A DNA stretch of 64,000 nucleotides from Stylophora pistillata (lineage: Eukaryota): positions 1 through 64,000 of the forward strand of contig NW_019218176.1 in the NCBI RefSeq assembly GCF_002571385.2. Direction: 5' to 3'. Shown piece after piece: positions 1-12,800 of the stretch. The translations under genes were made by a program, and so were the position numbers. A model generated the notes under the pieces. The model had not been told where the DNA came from, did no database searches, and saw only the letters and a program-made list of their open reading frames with translations. Position 1 is the first letter of the stretch. Each line of letters starts with the position of its first letter.

Positions 1-590
1 AATTTATCCATTTATGTAATAAAATATTTAACATAAAAAAAAAAAAAAAAAGAGGAATGTTCTGGATGAAAACTCTGTAACAACCAATGAAGAACAATCA
101 TATTTCACGTCCTTTGATAAACTCAATTAACATATGCAAGTGACAAAACACCTTCAAATATAGCCGGAGAAAGCGATATTGCGTAAAAAATGTTGTCGAC
201 TCTTGAAAATATTTGAAATATCCAGTTTGATGCTGGTGTTTGTTTCTCTCTCCAAATTTTATTGTTTCTATTGCTATCACTTCCGAGCGATTAATTGCTC
301 CTAACTTCCGCTTCTTTTTTCTCTTTGTGTCTTTTTTACACAGCTATATTGAAAGTCATAATTAACCATGGTGTAAAGAAAGTTTTTTCCTCTTCATTAT
401 CGGCCTAGGGGAATGACAGTTAGCTGAAGATACTGCTTATTTTATCTCTCAAAAAACTGACAAGAGAGAGTTTCCTCATCATATCTTCAAACAAAAATGT
501 ATCCGGCCGATGTCCTCCTGTTTGCTAAGGGAATGAAATTTTAGTGCTAAGTTAAAGAAACAGCTACAAAGAAAACGAAAATTTAGAATT

Positions 591-1140
591 ATATCGATAC
601 TGAAATCTCCCTAGGGGTAGAACCCAGACCAAAACAATTCTAGAACTGCTATGCTCCCCTCTTTGGGTGCGCTTCAACAACTTGGATCGGCAATTCCTTT
701 CTCAGCGGTCACAAATAAAAGTAATGTATCCACAAGCTGTTCACAGTTTCCTTCGATTTCCCCAATGAGAGATGAACAACAGGCAGGGAAATAGAGAGGT
801 TACCATGTTCACAGTTTTCTTTAAAACTTACGGTCGAAGAGAAGGGTCTCCTCTGTTCACCCTGGTATGAAAAATATTTGAGGTGAAGTTTCCATATTTT
901 GTCCGTGAACTGACTAAATATATCATGTAAATTGAAGAGAGAATTCTGTTAGTTTTATCTGTGAAATTTACACCGTCGATCGCTGTACAGACAAATTGTG
1001 ACTTTAAAGAGGACATATATCATTGTAGCTCTAGTTTCGGTTCGATCCAGTATCGCTGATTTATGCTACAATTTAGTTTACCGTCTAACACTTTGGTGCG
1101 AACATATAGGAATACCATTCTGTCTAGTTATTTCTATCGC
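591..1140 (+). pseudogene. Degenerate rhodopsin-class GPCR pseudogene, paralog of 12104-12800
   Basis: CCCAGACCAAAACAATTCTAGAACTGCTATGCTCCCC matches the N-terminal block (TQTKTLELICSP) of the 4488 and 7709 genes. TACAGACAAATTGTGACTTTAAAGAGGACATAT (YRQIVTLKRTY) lies near 985. There is no ATG or open frame, and TM1-3 are replaced by unrelated sequence. Confidence 0.7.
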
Positions 1141-4100
1141 CTCGTGGTCAAATGTTGTCGACTCGTGAAACTATTCATTATGAAGGGTCGCTTTATATCT
1201 ATACATTTTAAAGTTTGTGTATGCTTAAGTTTCATTCAACTCTTTTGATTCTATCACTTCAGAGCGATTAACTGTTCCGAGCTAAGATTTTTTTTTCCTT
1301 TAACTCGTTTTACAAAGCTTTTTTCGGAATCCAGAGTTTACCGCAATATAGGAATAATTTTTCCATAAATAGCCCATAAATAGCCCAAAAGAGTGGCAGT
1401 ATATCTAATTCTACTGCTTATACTGTCCCTCAAAAACTAACAAAAGAGAGTTTCCTCTTTCGATCGCCAAAGAAAAATATAGCCGATGCCTTTGTATTTG
1501 CCAAGATAATTAACTTTTTAGTGCAAATATGAATACAAATTAAACTAACCGACTGAATAAACAACTGGCTGTGACAAAGATGTTCTTGTTTAGTTATAAA
1601 GTTGAAGTCGCTATACTGACCTATCAAAGAGGATTAGTCGAAGTTTTCTTCAAGAAAACTCATATAAAATGTGATGGTTGTAAATCACCCTTGTACTGTC
1701 AGATGGCTATTGGATATCTTTGCATGTGCGTAACAATAGTGGGTTGAAAATGAAAATGAGTAAAAATGGTAAAAAGTGACATCTAACGAAAAGAAAAGAA
1801 ATATTTTGGCACCGGATGAAACTCTGGTTTCAAAATGAGGTAAGTCCTTGGGCGTAGCCGTTGCAATACAGGATTTCTCACCCTCCTTAATTTCAGTGGC
1901 ACCCTAAAACCGCCTGTTTCCTCCAAAATCCGCCCGTTACGCACTCTTAGTCAATAATTTCTGGATCGCTAACGTTATCGGGCGGCTCAGTACCTTGTAT
2001 AACTATATAGCTGGCAGCGCCCGTGAAGATGAAGCGAATCCTATGTTCTGATTGACCCATCTCGCCCGCTCTGGATTGCCCATTTTGATCCAGCGCAAGA
2101 GACAAAAGTGTGTGAGGCGGACTTACGAAGTTCGTAACTTCTGGACAATATCGGCGACGAAATCACAAAAAGCGGCAGGGGGCAGTCAAAACAAAGAAAA
2201 AATTAAACGAGCCTCTTAGGTACTGAAATTTCACTTTACAAATCGAGATAGAAAACGCTAATTGCGGCCCACACTTGATTGGCTAGTAGTTAAGCTGCAG
2301 TCGCTACTCGGAATAATCAGAGAGAATTTAACAGAAAATCTCCGGAAATAAAAGAACTCCTATAGTAGAATAAAAAAGTTGCTACATCTTTTAAGCAATG
2401 ACATCACTCGTTTCGCCTGCCTTACANNNNNNNNNNNNNTTATTTGCCACCTCCGACAGACTAACTCTTACGTTTTTCCATTTAAGTCGTTTTACAATGC
2501 TTTATTAGAGAGCAAGATTGCCTAGCATAGAGCAAGAATGCAAAAACTTAATTATTTGTCTTAATAACCGACAGGTTTCTTAACGGCGAAACTCAATTTG
2601 TTTCATTAAAAAAATGATTGAAAAGAGTATATTGTCAAATAAGAATATGTTTGCCCTGGTTAATTTTAGCGCTAGTTTGCACTTATCTGGTAACTCTAAC
2701 GTTACTAAGAATAAAAATTTGTGTGTGGCCTATCTATTATTAGATTGAGCAGCAGTCACTCCTCTGAATAACTAGGAATAATTTAACGGGAGATTTCCGG
2801 TGGAGTAATTCCAAGATGAAATATGATATATGTATATATTGTTTGATGCGTTGAAAATGTCATAAAAGAAAAATCCTCTTCTTTGCAGTGTGGCGGTCAT
2901 GATTCTGTGGTCTGAACTCCGGGCACGCTTAACTCATAAGGAGGCTGAGATGACAAAGTTCATAACACTTAGTATCATAGAGTTTTTGTTTTTTTTTTTT
3001 TAATTTCATTTAATTTTATGATCTTTAAACATTTCAAACATTTAGCAAAAGCGAACTTTTTTTCGTGTTTAGATCGCGACTCGTGCGAATTTTTCCCACA
3101 AAGTGCACCGGTTTCAATTGTTCGAAGCCACAACAGATGTCCATAGACGTCACAATCTTTTTATGTGTGTTTTTCAAGGAATAATCTCCTATACTTACAA
3201 ATCACAAGCATTTTATAAATTTTATTGCTTAGATGAAGTAAATTATATTTTTCTTTAAAAAATCTACGGCTTTTACGGCCAAGTTTGTCTTCATGATATT
3301 TACCATTAAACTACATCTTCCCTAATTACGATTGACATACAAACTTTTCGAGTGTTTCCTAACATCTCAGATAGTTATTACTCCGGAAAACTGATTAAAA
3401 GTGCGGTCTATTCTTTTTAAACTATTTTAATTTTCAACGGGTTTATCGATGCAAAAAACGATAAGATTTTAGTGATTAATTCCTGAATTTATCACGGTCA
3501 CCGACTTAAAACCAAACAATTCCTTATGAACAACCAAACACTAGAAGCCAATCAAGATCTGGCATTATCGAAAAGGCAGATAAATGGCTCATCCTAAAGC
3601 CCAAAGCTAATTTTTACATCATCGAGAACAACACTATTTTCATTAATGATGAGCTTAACATGAACCAGTTCTGAGTTATGCCGCATGGGGAAAGTGATAT
3701 TTGAAAAGTTGCTACCAAAAGCGATATTTCGATTTTAGTGACTATTAAAAGCGTTCCGTGGGCTCAAAGTTAAATGACATGGTCTCGTTTTAGACTTAAG
3801 CCATATCTTTCTAGTCTCCCTCGCAGCCGTTGTTTTTGGATGTCACGCAACGCTCCCCCAAAAGAACGGCTGCTGACAACCGAACTACATTCCTTTCTCC
3901 GAATCCGTGGGCCAATCACAGCTCGGGTNNNNNNNNNNNNNNNNNNNNNNNNNNNNNNNNNNNNNNNNNNNNNNNNNNNNNNNNNNNNNNNNNNNNNNNN
4001 NNNNNNNNNNNNNNNNNNNNNNNNNNNNNNNNNNNNNNNNNNNCCAATGATTGACCTCCCCTCCATTAATGAATGATGCAAGGGGATATATCATAGAGCT

Positions 4101-4487
4101 GAAAACCTTTTGTTTATTTTCAACTTCTTAAGGCTGATAATAAATAGTGTCTGAGCTTCAAACAAATGGTATGAACATTTGATTAGCACCCTATCAACTG
4201 AAGTTGATCTTCGAGGTACTTTTTTATCGCACTGAAAAAAAAAGTAGAAAATTTCTTTACATCTACCTCTTATTTCTATTTCATACATTAGGCACCTGAC
4301 AAGCTCACAGATATTAATTTTCTGACGCCCTGCTGAATGAGGAAAAGGTCACTAGGAAGTCTTTTTGTGATAAGTGTTAAGGAAGTCCGGTTTCAGCAAT
4401 CGTGACTGGGTATGTGCCGTTTCGACGAAATATTTCTCGTTGCAATCACAGATCACCTGCAAGTAAAAAGGAGTCCAATACAGAATA

Positions 4488-5186
4488 ATGTCGACCACAA
4501 ATTTCACAAGAGGTGGAACACAGACGAAAACATTGGAACTGATATGCTCCCCTTCGAGCCCTTTGGCGGGCTGGCCTCAGCCAAGAATAGTTTCTTTCGC
4601 AGCAGTTAACAATCTCCTCTCCGTCACAGCGTTTCTTGGAAATTCTGTCCTCCTTGTTGCCCTTCACAAGGAGTCCTCCCTTCATCGACCGTCCAAACTA
4701 TTGTATCGTAGTCTGGCAACAACTGATCTGTTGGTTGGTCTTGTTTGCCAGCCTCTAACTGCTACTTTTTTTATATACTTGGTTCACGAACACTGGGGTC
4801 TTTGTGAATACGCATATACGGCAGTCAACACAACAATCCTAGCATTGTGTTTTGTGTCTTTGCTGACGATGACGGCCATAAGCGTGGATAGACTTCTCGC
4901 CCTGTTGTTGGGGCTGAGATACAGACAAACTGTAACTTTTAAGCGCACATGCATAATTTTGGCTACCTTTTGGGTTTTATCTCTTGTTGCGGCCTCCTTT
5001 TATACCATATTTGATAAAAGCACATTGTATATTGAAATAATCAGGCAGACAATCAGACAAACACTTTGTTGTCCATGGAGTAAGAACATCCTAAAGATAT
5101 ACTTGTGGCGTGATACGCGTGACTATAGTCACGGGATCAGCGAGTCACGTGAACCGTCGTTCCCCGTGGCACGCGAGTCGTCATAA
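4488..5186 (+). pseudogene. Internally deleted GPCR (TM1-TM4 fused to the C-terminal tail); truncated or pseudogenic
   Basis: The ORF has GNS, LATTDLLVG and AISVDRLLA motifs, then jumps near 5030 to IRQTIRQTLCCPWS. TM5-TM7 and NPxxY are absent. The paralogous stop (AGTTAG at 10628-10633) reads AGTAAG here, so the frame runs on. Confidence 0.75.
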
Positions 5187-6777
5187 AAACACAAACCTGA
5201 ACTGGACATTAAAACGTTTTGTTGCAGTTTTAACCAGTGGCCCTGTGATTTTATCGTCATCGCAACTCTACAACACAGGGCTACACGCACAGAATTGAAC
5301 TATAAATAGTTATGAATAAACGAAATTTACAAGTCATGGAAAAATATTATATCAGTAGGTATATATAAAAAATGAAATCCTGAGCAATTTTGATAAAAGA
5401 AAAATGCGTAGAGCAATTAATAATCACAGGAATAGCTAGAAAGAAACTGATTGCTCTGGCCAATCACACTTTACGTAAAAAGTATAAGGGACCCTCCTGT
5501 AAAGCACCGGAAGAATATTTGGATGGACGCACGTGCCATTTCAGTGCACATGGCAGCTTGAGTACGTGAAACAACCAAGCTATTACCTCATCTCAAGAAC
5601 AGTCAAAATAATATTTATATCATTTGCAAGTCATACAAATTGTTCCTTAGATAAATAATGAAGGATGATTTTTTGATAGCTTGAGAGAAGAGTATAACTG
5701 AATTTTTAAGGAAGAAAAAGGTAATTGACCATGAAAGATAACTGAAGAAGACAATGTTAAGGAGAGTAATTCGGTTTGGCAGCATAGTATTTTGTTACTG
5801 TCAATTAATTGTCTCCGTTTCAATTTAAGTGGGATGGGAGGGGCAGGGAGGATTGTCACTTACATGTACGCAGTCTGCGTTCAAATTATTTCCAATTGCA
5901 CGCAGCTGATTAACCGTTTCACCTTAAAATATTCATCTTTCTTATCAACGACAGCTTTCCTTAGTATCGGTGGCTTTTACTTTACATTGTAAAATAATAA
6001 TAGCGGAACTTTTGTTTTGTTTTGTTTTGTTTTTTTTTTTAATGTCTTAGTGCAAATTCGATTTATCTCTGGACTGAACTTAACCAGTTGGATAACATGA
6101 AGCTGTGACAAAGGACAATTTTAGATGATAGACATCCTGCCTAACTAATTATCAAGGAGTAATTTATAGGAAAATTTTTCCTGGGGAAGAAATATACTCA
6201 TCGTTCATGGTGCCTAAATAAAAATCCGGAATCTTTGGAGGGAATCATCAATTTGTCAAAGAATTACCTGTTACAACTAAACTTGTATGTATTCGCATTT
6301 TAAAGGAGTGAACGTTACTGCGGAAGTTTCTCTGTGAATGTTATTAAGAAAGTGAGGCGTACGTGATCGTTGCTTGGCAGGTACAAAGTGACTGTTAGTA
6401 GCGAAACTATGGAGGATATGTGCTAGCATAACATATTTTCTTTTCTCACAAAAAGTGTGATTGTCCTGGTTCAAATTTTATTTGACATCTTCTTGTCAGA
6501 TAACGATAAGTACTATTATACGAAGAAATAAGTTCTTACTAAAACATTTATTGATAAAAACAAGCGATAACAAATGGGAACGACGTTTCGACCACTCAAT
6601 GGTCATTTTCAAGTTAGAGTTCATGAGTAAATTTCTGCATATATGCGATTCAGAAACAATGGAATGAAGGTAAAAGCTAAGTAATTACATATAAACAATA
6701 GAGCTAATAATTAATAACAAAGTGCAAAAATGAAGTGTAAATAAGCGGTGAAAAGGATGAAAACTAATTATATGAAG

Positions 6778-7365
6778 TGTTAAGCAAACGGCTTCGCGCG
6801 AATAGAATCGCTCTGTTAGTTCAGTTTTGGTTTTTAAGTTCCCGAATAAAAAAAGTGACGAGAGTCAAACAGTCGAACTTCTTTGAGCATTTCCTCAGGA
6901 GCCTAAAGTTCTTTGCGATTTCTCATGGTTCCATTCCATGTTCTCTTACATGGTGACTGATTACCGATCGTTTATGTTCCCCCACACGTTGATGTAGGTG
7001 TCGGCTTGTATTTCGTACAATAAAGGGAACTTGAATGAACCTTTTTTTGGTAGCAGAGCAAGCTTTTCATCGCGGATCTTCGAGATAAGTGTTAAATAAA
7101 TGAATGTAAGTAAAGGCGGAAATTTGCATAGAGTTACAGAATATGAGTGAGGATAAGGAACTTATCGAGAGCATAAAGCAGGACGAAGCAAAGACTCAAT
7201 TGGCTTTTACCAGGATAAAGAACAAGCTGCTGCACCTTTTAGACGAGGAAGATTATCCGTGTCGGCGGGAAGTTAAAGAAGTTTGTCAAGAACTTAGTGT
7301 CGCACAGGAACACGCTATGGAGACAATGGAATTGTTTTCGGACAAGTATTTGCGCCTTAAAAAAA
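6778..7365 (+). mobile_element. 5' fragment of an LTR retrotransposon (LTR, tRNA-iMet primer-binding site, gag start)
   Basis: TGT-starting segment with AATAAA near 7019, then TGGTAGCAGAG at 7048-7058, complementary to the 3' end of animal initiator tRNA-Met. A helical gag-like ORF follows at 7143 (AFTRIKNKLL...) and ends at an A-run. Confidence 0.55.
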
Positions 7366-7708
7366 AAAAAAAGACAAACGCATTTAATTATTGGCCCTAA
7401 AAAAACAACATATCGAGATGAAATTGCTTATTTCATTATTATAAAGGAGGGGCAAATAAGTGTTTCCTTATCGTACTGTCAAATAGTGATGTAGCCGATA
7501 CCTTTGTGTTTGCCAACAAAATTAACTTTTAAGACTAATATTTGAACTTAAATTTCACTTTACTAATCGAGATAATATGCTAATTGCGGCCCACATATAA
7601 TTGGCGAGTGGTTAGGCTGCAGTCACTACTCGGAATAATCAACTAGAATTTGATAGGACATCTCCGGAGATAGATAATCTGCAAGAAAAGGGAAACGAAT
7701 ATAGAATA

Positions 7709-8656
7709 ATGTCGACTACACATTTCATAAGAAGTCGATCACATGCGAAAACATTGGAACTGATATGTTCTCCCTCAAGTCCTTTGGTTGGTTGGCCTCA
7801 AACAAATATATTTTCTTTCGTAGCAGTTAACATATTCCTCTCCATCACAGCATTTCTTGGAAATTCTCTCATCCTTGTTGCTCTTTACAAGGAATCTTCC
7901 CTTCATCGACCGTCCAAACTCTTGTATCGTTGTTTGGCTACAACTGATCTCTTGGTTGGTCTTTTTTGCCAGCCCCTCACAGCTACTTATTGGATGTCCG
8001 TAGTTCGCGAACACCGGAGTCTTTGTCTATACTTAGGCTATGCAAACTACATAAGCTATGCACTATGTGGAGTGTCTCTGTTGACGATGACGGCCATAAG
8101 CGTGGACAGACTTCTCGCCTTGTTGTTGGGTCTGAGATACAGACAAATTGTAACTTTGAAGCGCACCTACAGAATTGTAGCTGCCTTTTGGGTTTTTTCT
8201 CTCGTCGGGGCTTTCCTAACTACCATAATTGATCATCGTATAATGTCTTTCTGCGCCTTCCTATTTATACCACTTTGCATGATTATTTCACTGGGCTCAT
8301 ACACAAAGATTTTTTGCACTCTCAGGTATCATCAGACTCAAGTACACGATCATGTTCATCAACAGCCGAGCCAACCAATTGCACTAAACATGGCTCGATA
8401 CAGAAAGGCAGTGAACAGCGCACTGTGGGTGCAGTTAGCATTAATTGTTTGTTATGCACCATTCTTTACGGTGGCAATGGCAATCGCTCATAGTACATCG
8501 TCTTCATCACACTTGGTCGTCATATTGCAAATAACGACTGTATTAGTTTACTTTAACTCGACGTTAAATCCGTTTCTTTACTGCTGGAAGATTAGTGAAG
8601 TAAGACAATCAGTAAAGCAGACAATCAGACAAGCAGTTTGCTTTTCATGGACTTAG
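7709..8656 (+). CDS. Intact single-exon rhodopsin-class (class A) orphan GPCR, 315 aa, adenosine/melanocortin-receptor-like type common in cnidarians
   Basis: ATG-to-TAG ORF with seven hydrophobic segments: GN in TM1, LATTDLLVG in TM2, SVDRL (DRY-like), CYAP in TM6 and NSTLNPFLY (NPxxY) in TM7. Confidence 0.9.
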   Translation: MSTTHFIRSRSHAKTLELICSPSSPLVGWPQTNIFSFVAVNIFLSITAFLGNSLILVALYKESSLHRPSKLLYRCLATTDLLVGLFCQPLTATYWMSVVREHRSLCLYLGYANYISYALCGVSLLTMTAISVDRLLALLLGLRYRQIVTLKRTYRIVAAFWVFSLVGAFLTTIIDHRIMSFCAFLFIPLCMIISLGSYTKIFCTLRYHQTQVHDHVHQQPSQPIALNMARYRKAVNSALWVQLALIVCYAPFFTVAMAIAHSTSSSSHLVVILQITTVLVYFNSTLNPFLYCWKISEVRQSVKQTIRQAVCFSWT

Positions 8657-9199
8657 ATCGCTTCTAGGCTACGCTCGAATGATTATTTTCAAAGCTGAGC
8701 CATACANNNNNNNNNNNNNNNNNNNNNNNNNNNNNNNNNNNNNNNNNNNNNNNNNNNNNNNNNNNNNNNNNNNNNNNNNNNNNNNNNNNNNNNNNNNNNN
8801 NNNNNNNNNNNNNNNNNNNNNNNNNNNNNNNNNNNNNNNNNNNNNNNNNNNNNNNNNNNNNNNNNNNNNNNNNNNNNNNNNNNNNNNNNNNNNNNNNNNN
8901 NNNNNNNNNNNNNNNNNNNNNNNNNNNNNNNNNNNNNNNNNNNNNNNNNNNNNNNNNNNNNNNNNNNNNNNNNNNNNNNNNNNNNNNNNNNNNNNNNNNN
9001 NNNNNNNNNNNNNNNNNNNNNNNNNNNNNNNNNNNNNNNNNNNNNNNNNNNNNNNNNNNNNNNNNNNNNNNNNNNNNNNNNNNNNNNNNNNNNNNNNNNN
9101 NNNNNNNNNNNNNNNNNNNNNNNNNNNNNNNNNNNNNNNNNNNNNNNNNNNNNNNNNNNNNNNNNNNNNNNNNNNNNNNNNNNNNNNNNNNNNNNNNNT

Positions 9200-9375
9200 G
9201 AGTCCCACGATACGCACCTTTACCTGGAGTCGATCAAATCCTTTGGTTTTCTCAAGGCTGGACTATGGGCTTATCTCAAATTCTTTATCGGATAACGTTT
9301 GTAATATTGACATGATTTCAGCATAAAAACTGATCATTCTGCGATAACGATAGAATTTCAAGATGTTGATGACAT
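9200..9375 (+). mobile_element. LINE AP-endonuclease fragment (L1/Tx1-like) next to a gap
   Basis: Translation TFTWSRSNPLVFSRLDYGLISNSL...*KTDHSAITIEF matches the C-terminal APE motifs (FTW, SRLDY, xDH). Confidence 0.65.
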
Positions 9376-9683
9376 CTACTGAAGTGTATCCAGCTAAAGA
9401 GGGATTTTTCGTCACACGGTAAAACTAAATCTCTTCACATTTTCCTTGTATAGCTATTAATTTCCTGAAGCACCAGACCAGTTAAAAAAAAGTGCTTTTT
9501 TGAAACTGCAATTAATATTATGACGCATTCTAAATGAGAAAAAGATGACGACGAAGTCTTTTTATGATTAGTGTCAGCTGAGTGCGGTTTCAGCAATCGT
9601 GGTTGGCTGTGTGCCGTTTAGACGCAATATTTCTAGTTGCAATCACAGATAACCTGCGAGAAAAAGGAAACCAATACAGAATA

Positions 9684-10633
9684 ATGTGGACTACAAATTT
9701 CACAAGAGGTGGAACTGGGACGGAAGTATTTGAACGACTAATATGCTCGTCCTCGAGCTTTTTGGTGAGTGGGTCTCGACCAAAATTGGTTTCTTTCACA
9801 GCAGTTAACATTCTCCTCTCCGTCATAGCGTTTCTTAGAAATTCTCTCATTCTTTTGCCCTTCACAAAGAATCTTCTCTTCATCGACCGTCTAATCTGTT
9901 GTATCTTTGCCTAGCAACAACTGATCTGTTGGTTGGTCTTTTTGCCCAGCCTCTCAATGCTACTTTTGTGATATCCTTGGTTCACGAACACTGGGTTATT
10001 GGTCAATACGCAAATACCGCAGCATACATATCAAGCATACCATTATGTGGGATTTCTTTGCTGACAGTAGCGGTCATTGGCCCGGAAAGACTTCTCACCC
10101 TGTTGGTGGGCTGAGATACAGACAAATTGTAACTTTTAAGTGCACGTTTATAATTGTGGCTACCTTTTGGGTTTTTCCTCTCGTCTCGGCCTGCTTATAC
10201 ACCATATTTGATCACTGCATACTGTATTAGAGCACCGGCATATTAATACCACTTTGCCTCATTATTTCACTGGCCTTATACCCATATATTCTTTGCACTC
10301 TCAGGCATCATCAGATTCAATACACGATCATGTTCAACAACTGCTGAGCCAACCAAGTGCACTGAACATGTCACGATACAGAAAGGCAGTGTACAGTGCA
10401 CTGTGGGCGCAGGTGGCATTTATTGTTTGTTATGCGCCATAGTTCATAGTGGAATCAGTGATCGCCCTTAGTAAAACATGACATCACAATTAATTTTCCT
10501 AAGAAGAGAAACAATCGTCTTAGTTTACCTTAACTCGACGATAAATCCGTTTCTTTACTGCTAGAAGTTTAGTGAAGTGAGACAAGCAGTAAAGCAGACA
10601 CTCAGACAAGCACTTTACTGTCCATGGAGTTAG
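9684..10633 (+). pseudogene. Full-length GPCR pseudogene with several frameshifts and stops
   Basis: Colinear with 7709-8656 from MWTTNFTRGG to CPWS*. Homology is split over ORFs 9582, 9899, 10045 and 10254, with in-frame stops such as TAG at ~10228, ~10440 and ~10562. Confidence 0.85.
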
Positions 10634-12103
10634 ACCCCTCGTGCCTACACTCGAATGAATATTTTTAAAGCTAAGTCATACAGTCACGATTATCACCAGC
10701 CGAAGAGAACGCTTGTCAGATATGTTATTGGATAGGAAGAAATAAGAAACCTAAGTTGGATGTTTGAACATAGTCTATAACACTTATGAATTTTAAAGAT
10801 GTAAAATACTAGTTGTGAACAATGTGTAAATGAGCGTATAGGATAAAATGGGCCATTACGAGCTCTTATCGTCAGTTTTTTTTTTTTTCTGGATCTTTTT
10901 ATTTTCCAAAATTGAAAATAATGACTTATCGTCTTTGCTCAACTATAAATGAGTTTCTATCTGAGAAGAGGAAGTTTCAAATAAGTTGTGAAATAGTTAT
11001 TCTACCGCAGATGTCTATGTGTTTCACTGTTGAGGATAAATTATCAGTCTGGGGTTGCGAGTTAGACAAATTGTAAAATACTGCACATTTTTTTTTCATT
11101 CCAAATTTTAATTCAAAGCCTTTTAAATACTTTTGCATCTGTAACCAAAAAATTACTTTACAATCGTTTAATGCATTTGGAGATGTCTCGTTTCTATTTT
11201 TTTTTTTTTTATTTCTTAAACCAAGCGAAGTCATTTTGAACAACAACAAACATATAAGTCATTTTCTTTAACTTTTTATTTCCGGGAGTTTTTTTTTTTT
11301 TTTAACGGCTGATAGTTAATCAAGTTTGTTACAGATAATATTGATTTAGTACACTGTCAATGAAAATTAATTTTGGTAGAGCGGGGTTATTTTCGCCCTT
11401 TAAAATACAATACAACAGATGTCTCTCTGTTTGCCTCTTATTGCTGTTTCATACATGAAGCACCTGCTAAGTGAGAGAGAAAAATCACTTTTTTGACACA
11501 ACAGACAATTTAGCAGTTTATGTGACATACTATTTAACATAAAATTCCGAAAAAAAGTGGAATGCTCAGAATGAAAACTCTGTAATAATCGTTGAAAATT
11601 AATTATATTTCACTTCACGGGACAAAAAAAAAAACATCTTCAAATATAGATAACCATAATGTCTTAAGGGAAAAACGATAATGGCATGAAGAACATTGTC
11701 GACTCTTGAAAATGTTTAATATATTCAGGTTGACGCTGGTGTTTTTTTAAGTTGTCTAAATTTTTATTGATTCTATGGCTATCACTTTCGAGCGATTAAT
11801 TATTCCCAATTTTTAGCTCCTTTTTTTCTTTCAAGTGTAGTGTTTTACAAAGCATTTTTTAATTTCATAATTAACCACGGTGTAACAAAAGTTTTTCCCT
11901 CTTAATTATCGGCCCAGAGGAATGACAGTTAGTTGGATATACCACTTATTTTGTCTCTCTCAAAAGACTGACAATAGAGAGTTTCCTCGTCATATCGCCA
12001 AGCAAAAATGTAGCCGGCCGATGTCTTCCTGTTTGCTAAGGGAATTAAATTTTAGTGCTAATTTTATTAAACAGCTACAAAGAAAACGGAAAAATATAGA
12101 ATA

Positions 12104-12800
12104 ACATCGACAGCAAACTTCACTACAGGTGGAACACAGACCAAAACAGTTCTAGAGCTGCTATGCCCCCCCTCTTTAGATGGGTTTCAACAACTTGGAT
12201 CGGCAATTCCTTTCTCAGAGGTCAACATTAAAGGTAATGTATCCCCGAGTTGTTCACAGTTTCCTCTGATTTTCCTATTGAGAGATGAACAACAGCCAGG
12301 GGATTAGAGAGGTTACCATGTTCACAGTTTTCTTCAAAACTTTAAAAGGTCGAAGAGAAGGGTCTCCTCTGATCACCCTGGTATGAAGAATATCTTTAGT
12401 GAGATTTCCATATTCTGTTTGTGAAATGAGTAAATACATCTTGAAACTTGAAGCAAGAGAGAATTCCTTGCGCTTTATCTACCATATTTACACCTTTGAT
12501 CGCTATAAAGACAAATTGTGACTTTAAAGAGTACATATGTCATTGTAGCTCTAGTTTGGGTTCAATCTAGTGTCGCTGATTTATGCTACGATTTAGATTA
12601 CCGTGTAACTGTTTGGTGTGTATATATAGGTATACCATTTCCATCGCCTCGAACAGAAATATTTTCCTCGCTCTCAGTCGTCATTAGGCTCAAGTACAAG
12701 ATCATGTTCAGCAACAACCGAGCCAAACAAATAGTCTGAACATGGCGCGATATAGAAAGGTAGTGTACAGTGCCCTGTGGGTGCAGTTAGCATTAGTTTT
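12104..12800 (+). pseudogene. Degenerate GPCR pseudogene
   Basis: The start codon reads ACA. The N-terminal block, TM4 (IVTLKSTYVIVALVWV) and the ICL3/TM6 block (QQQPSQTNSLNMARYRKVVYSALWVQLAL) are recognisable. TM1-3 are replaced by a ~270-bp unrelated segment. Confidence 0.75.

Noticed and set aside
8669-9326. Long ORFs spanning N runs (also 3770-4094 and 61085-61736)
   Set aside because: Artefacts of assembly gaps.
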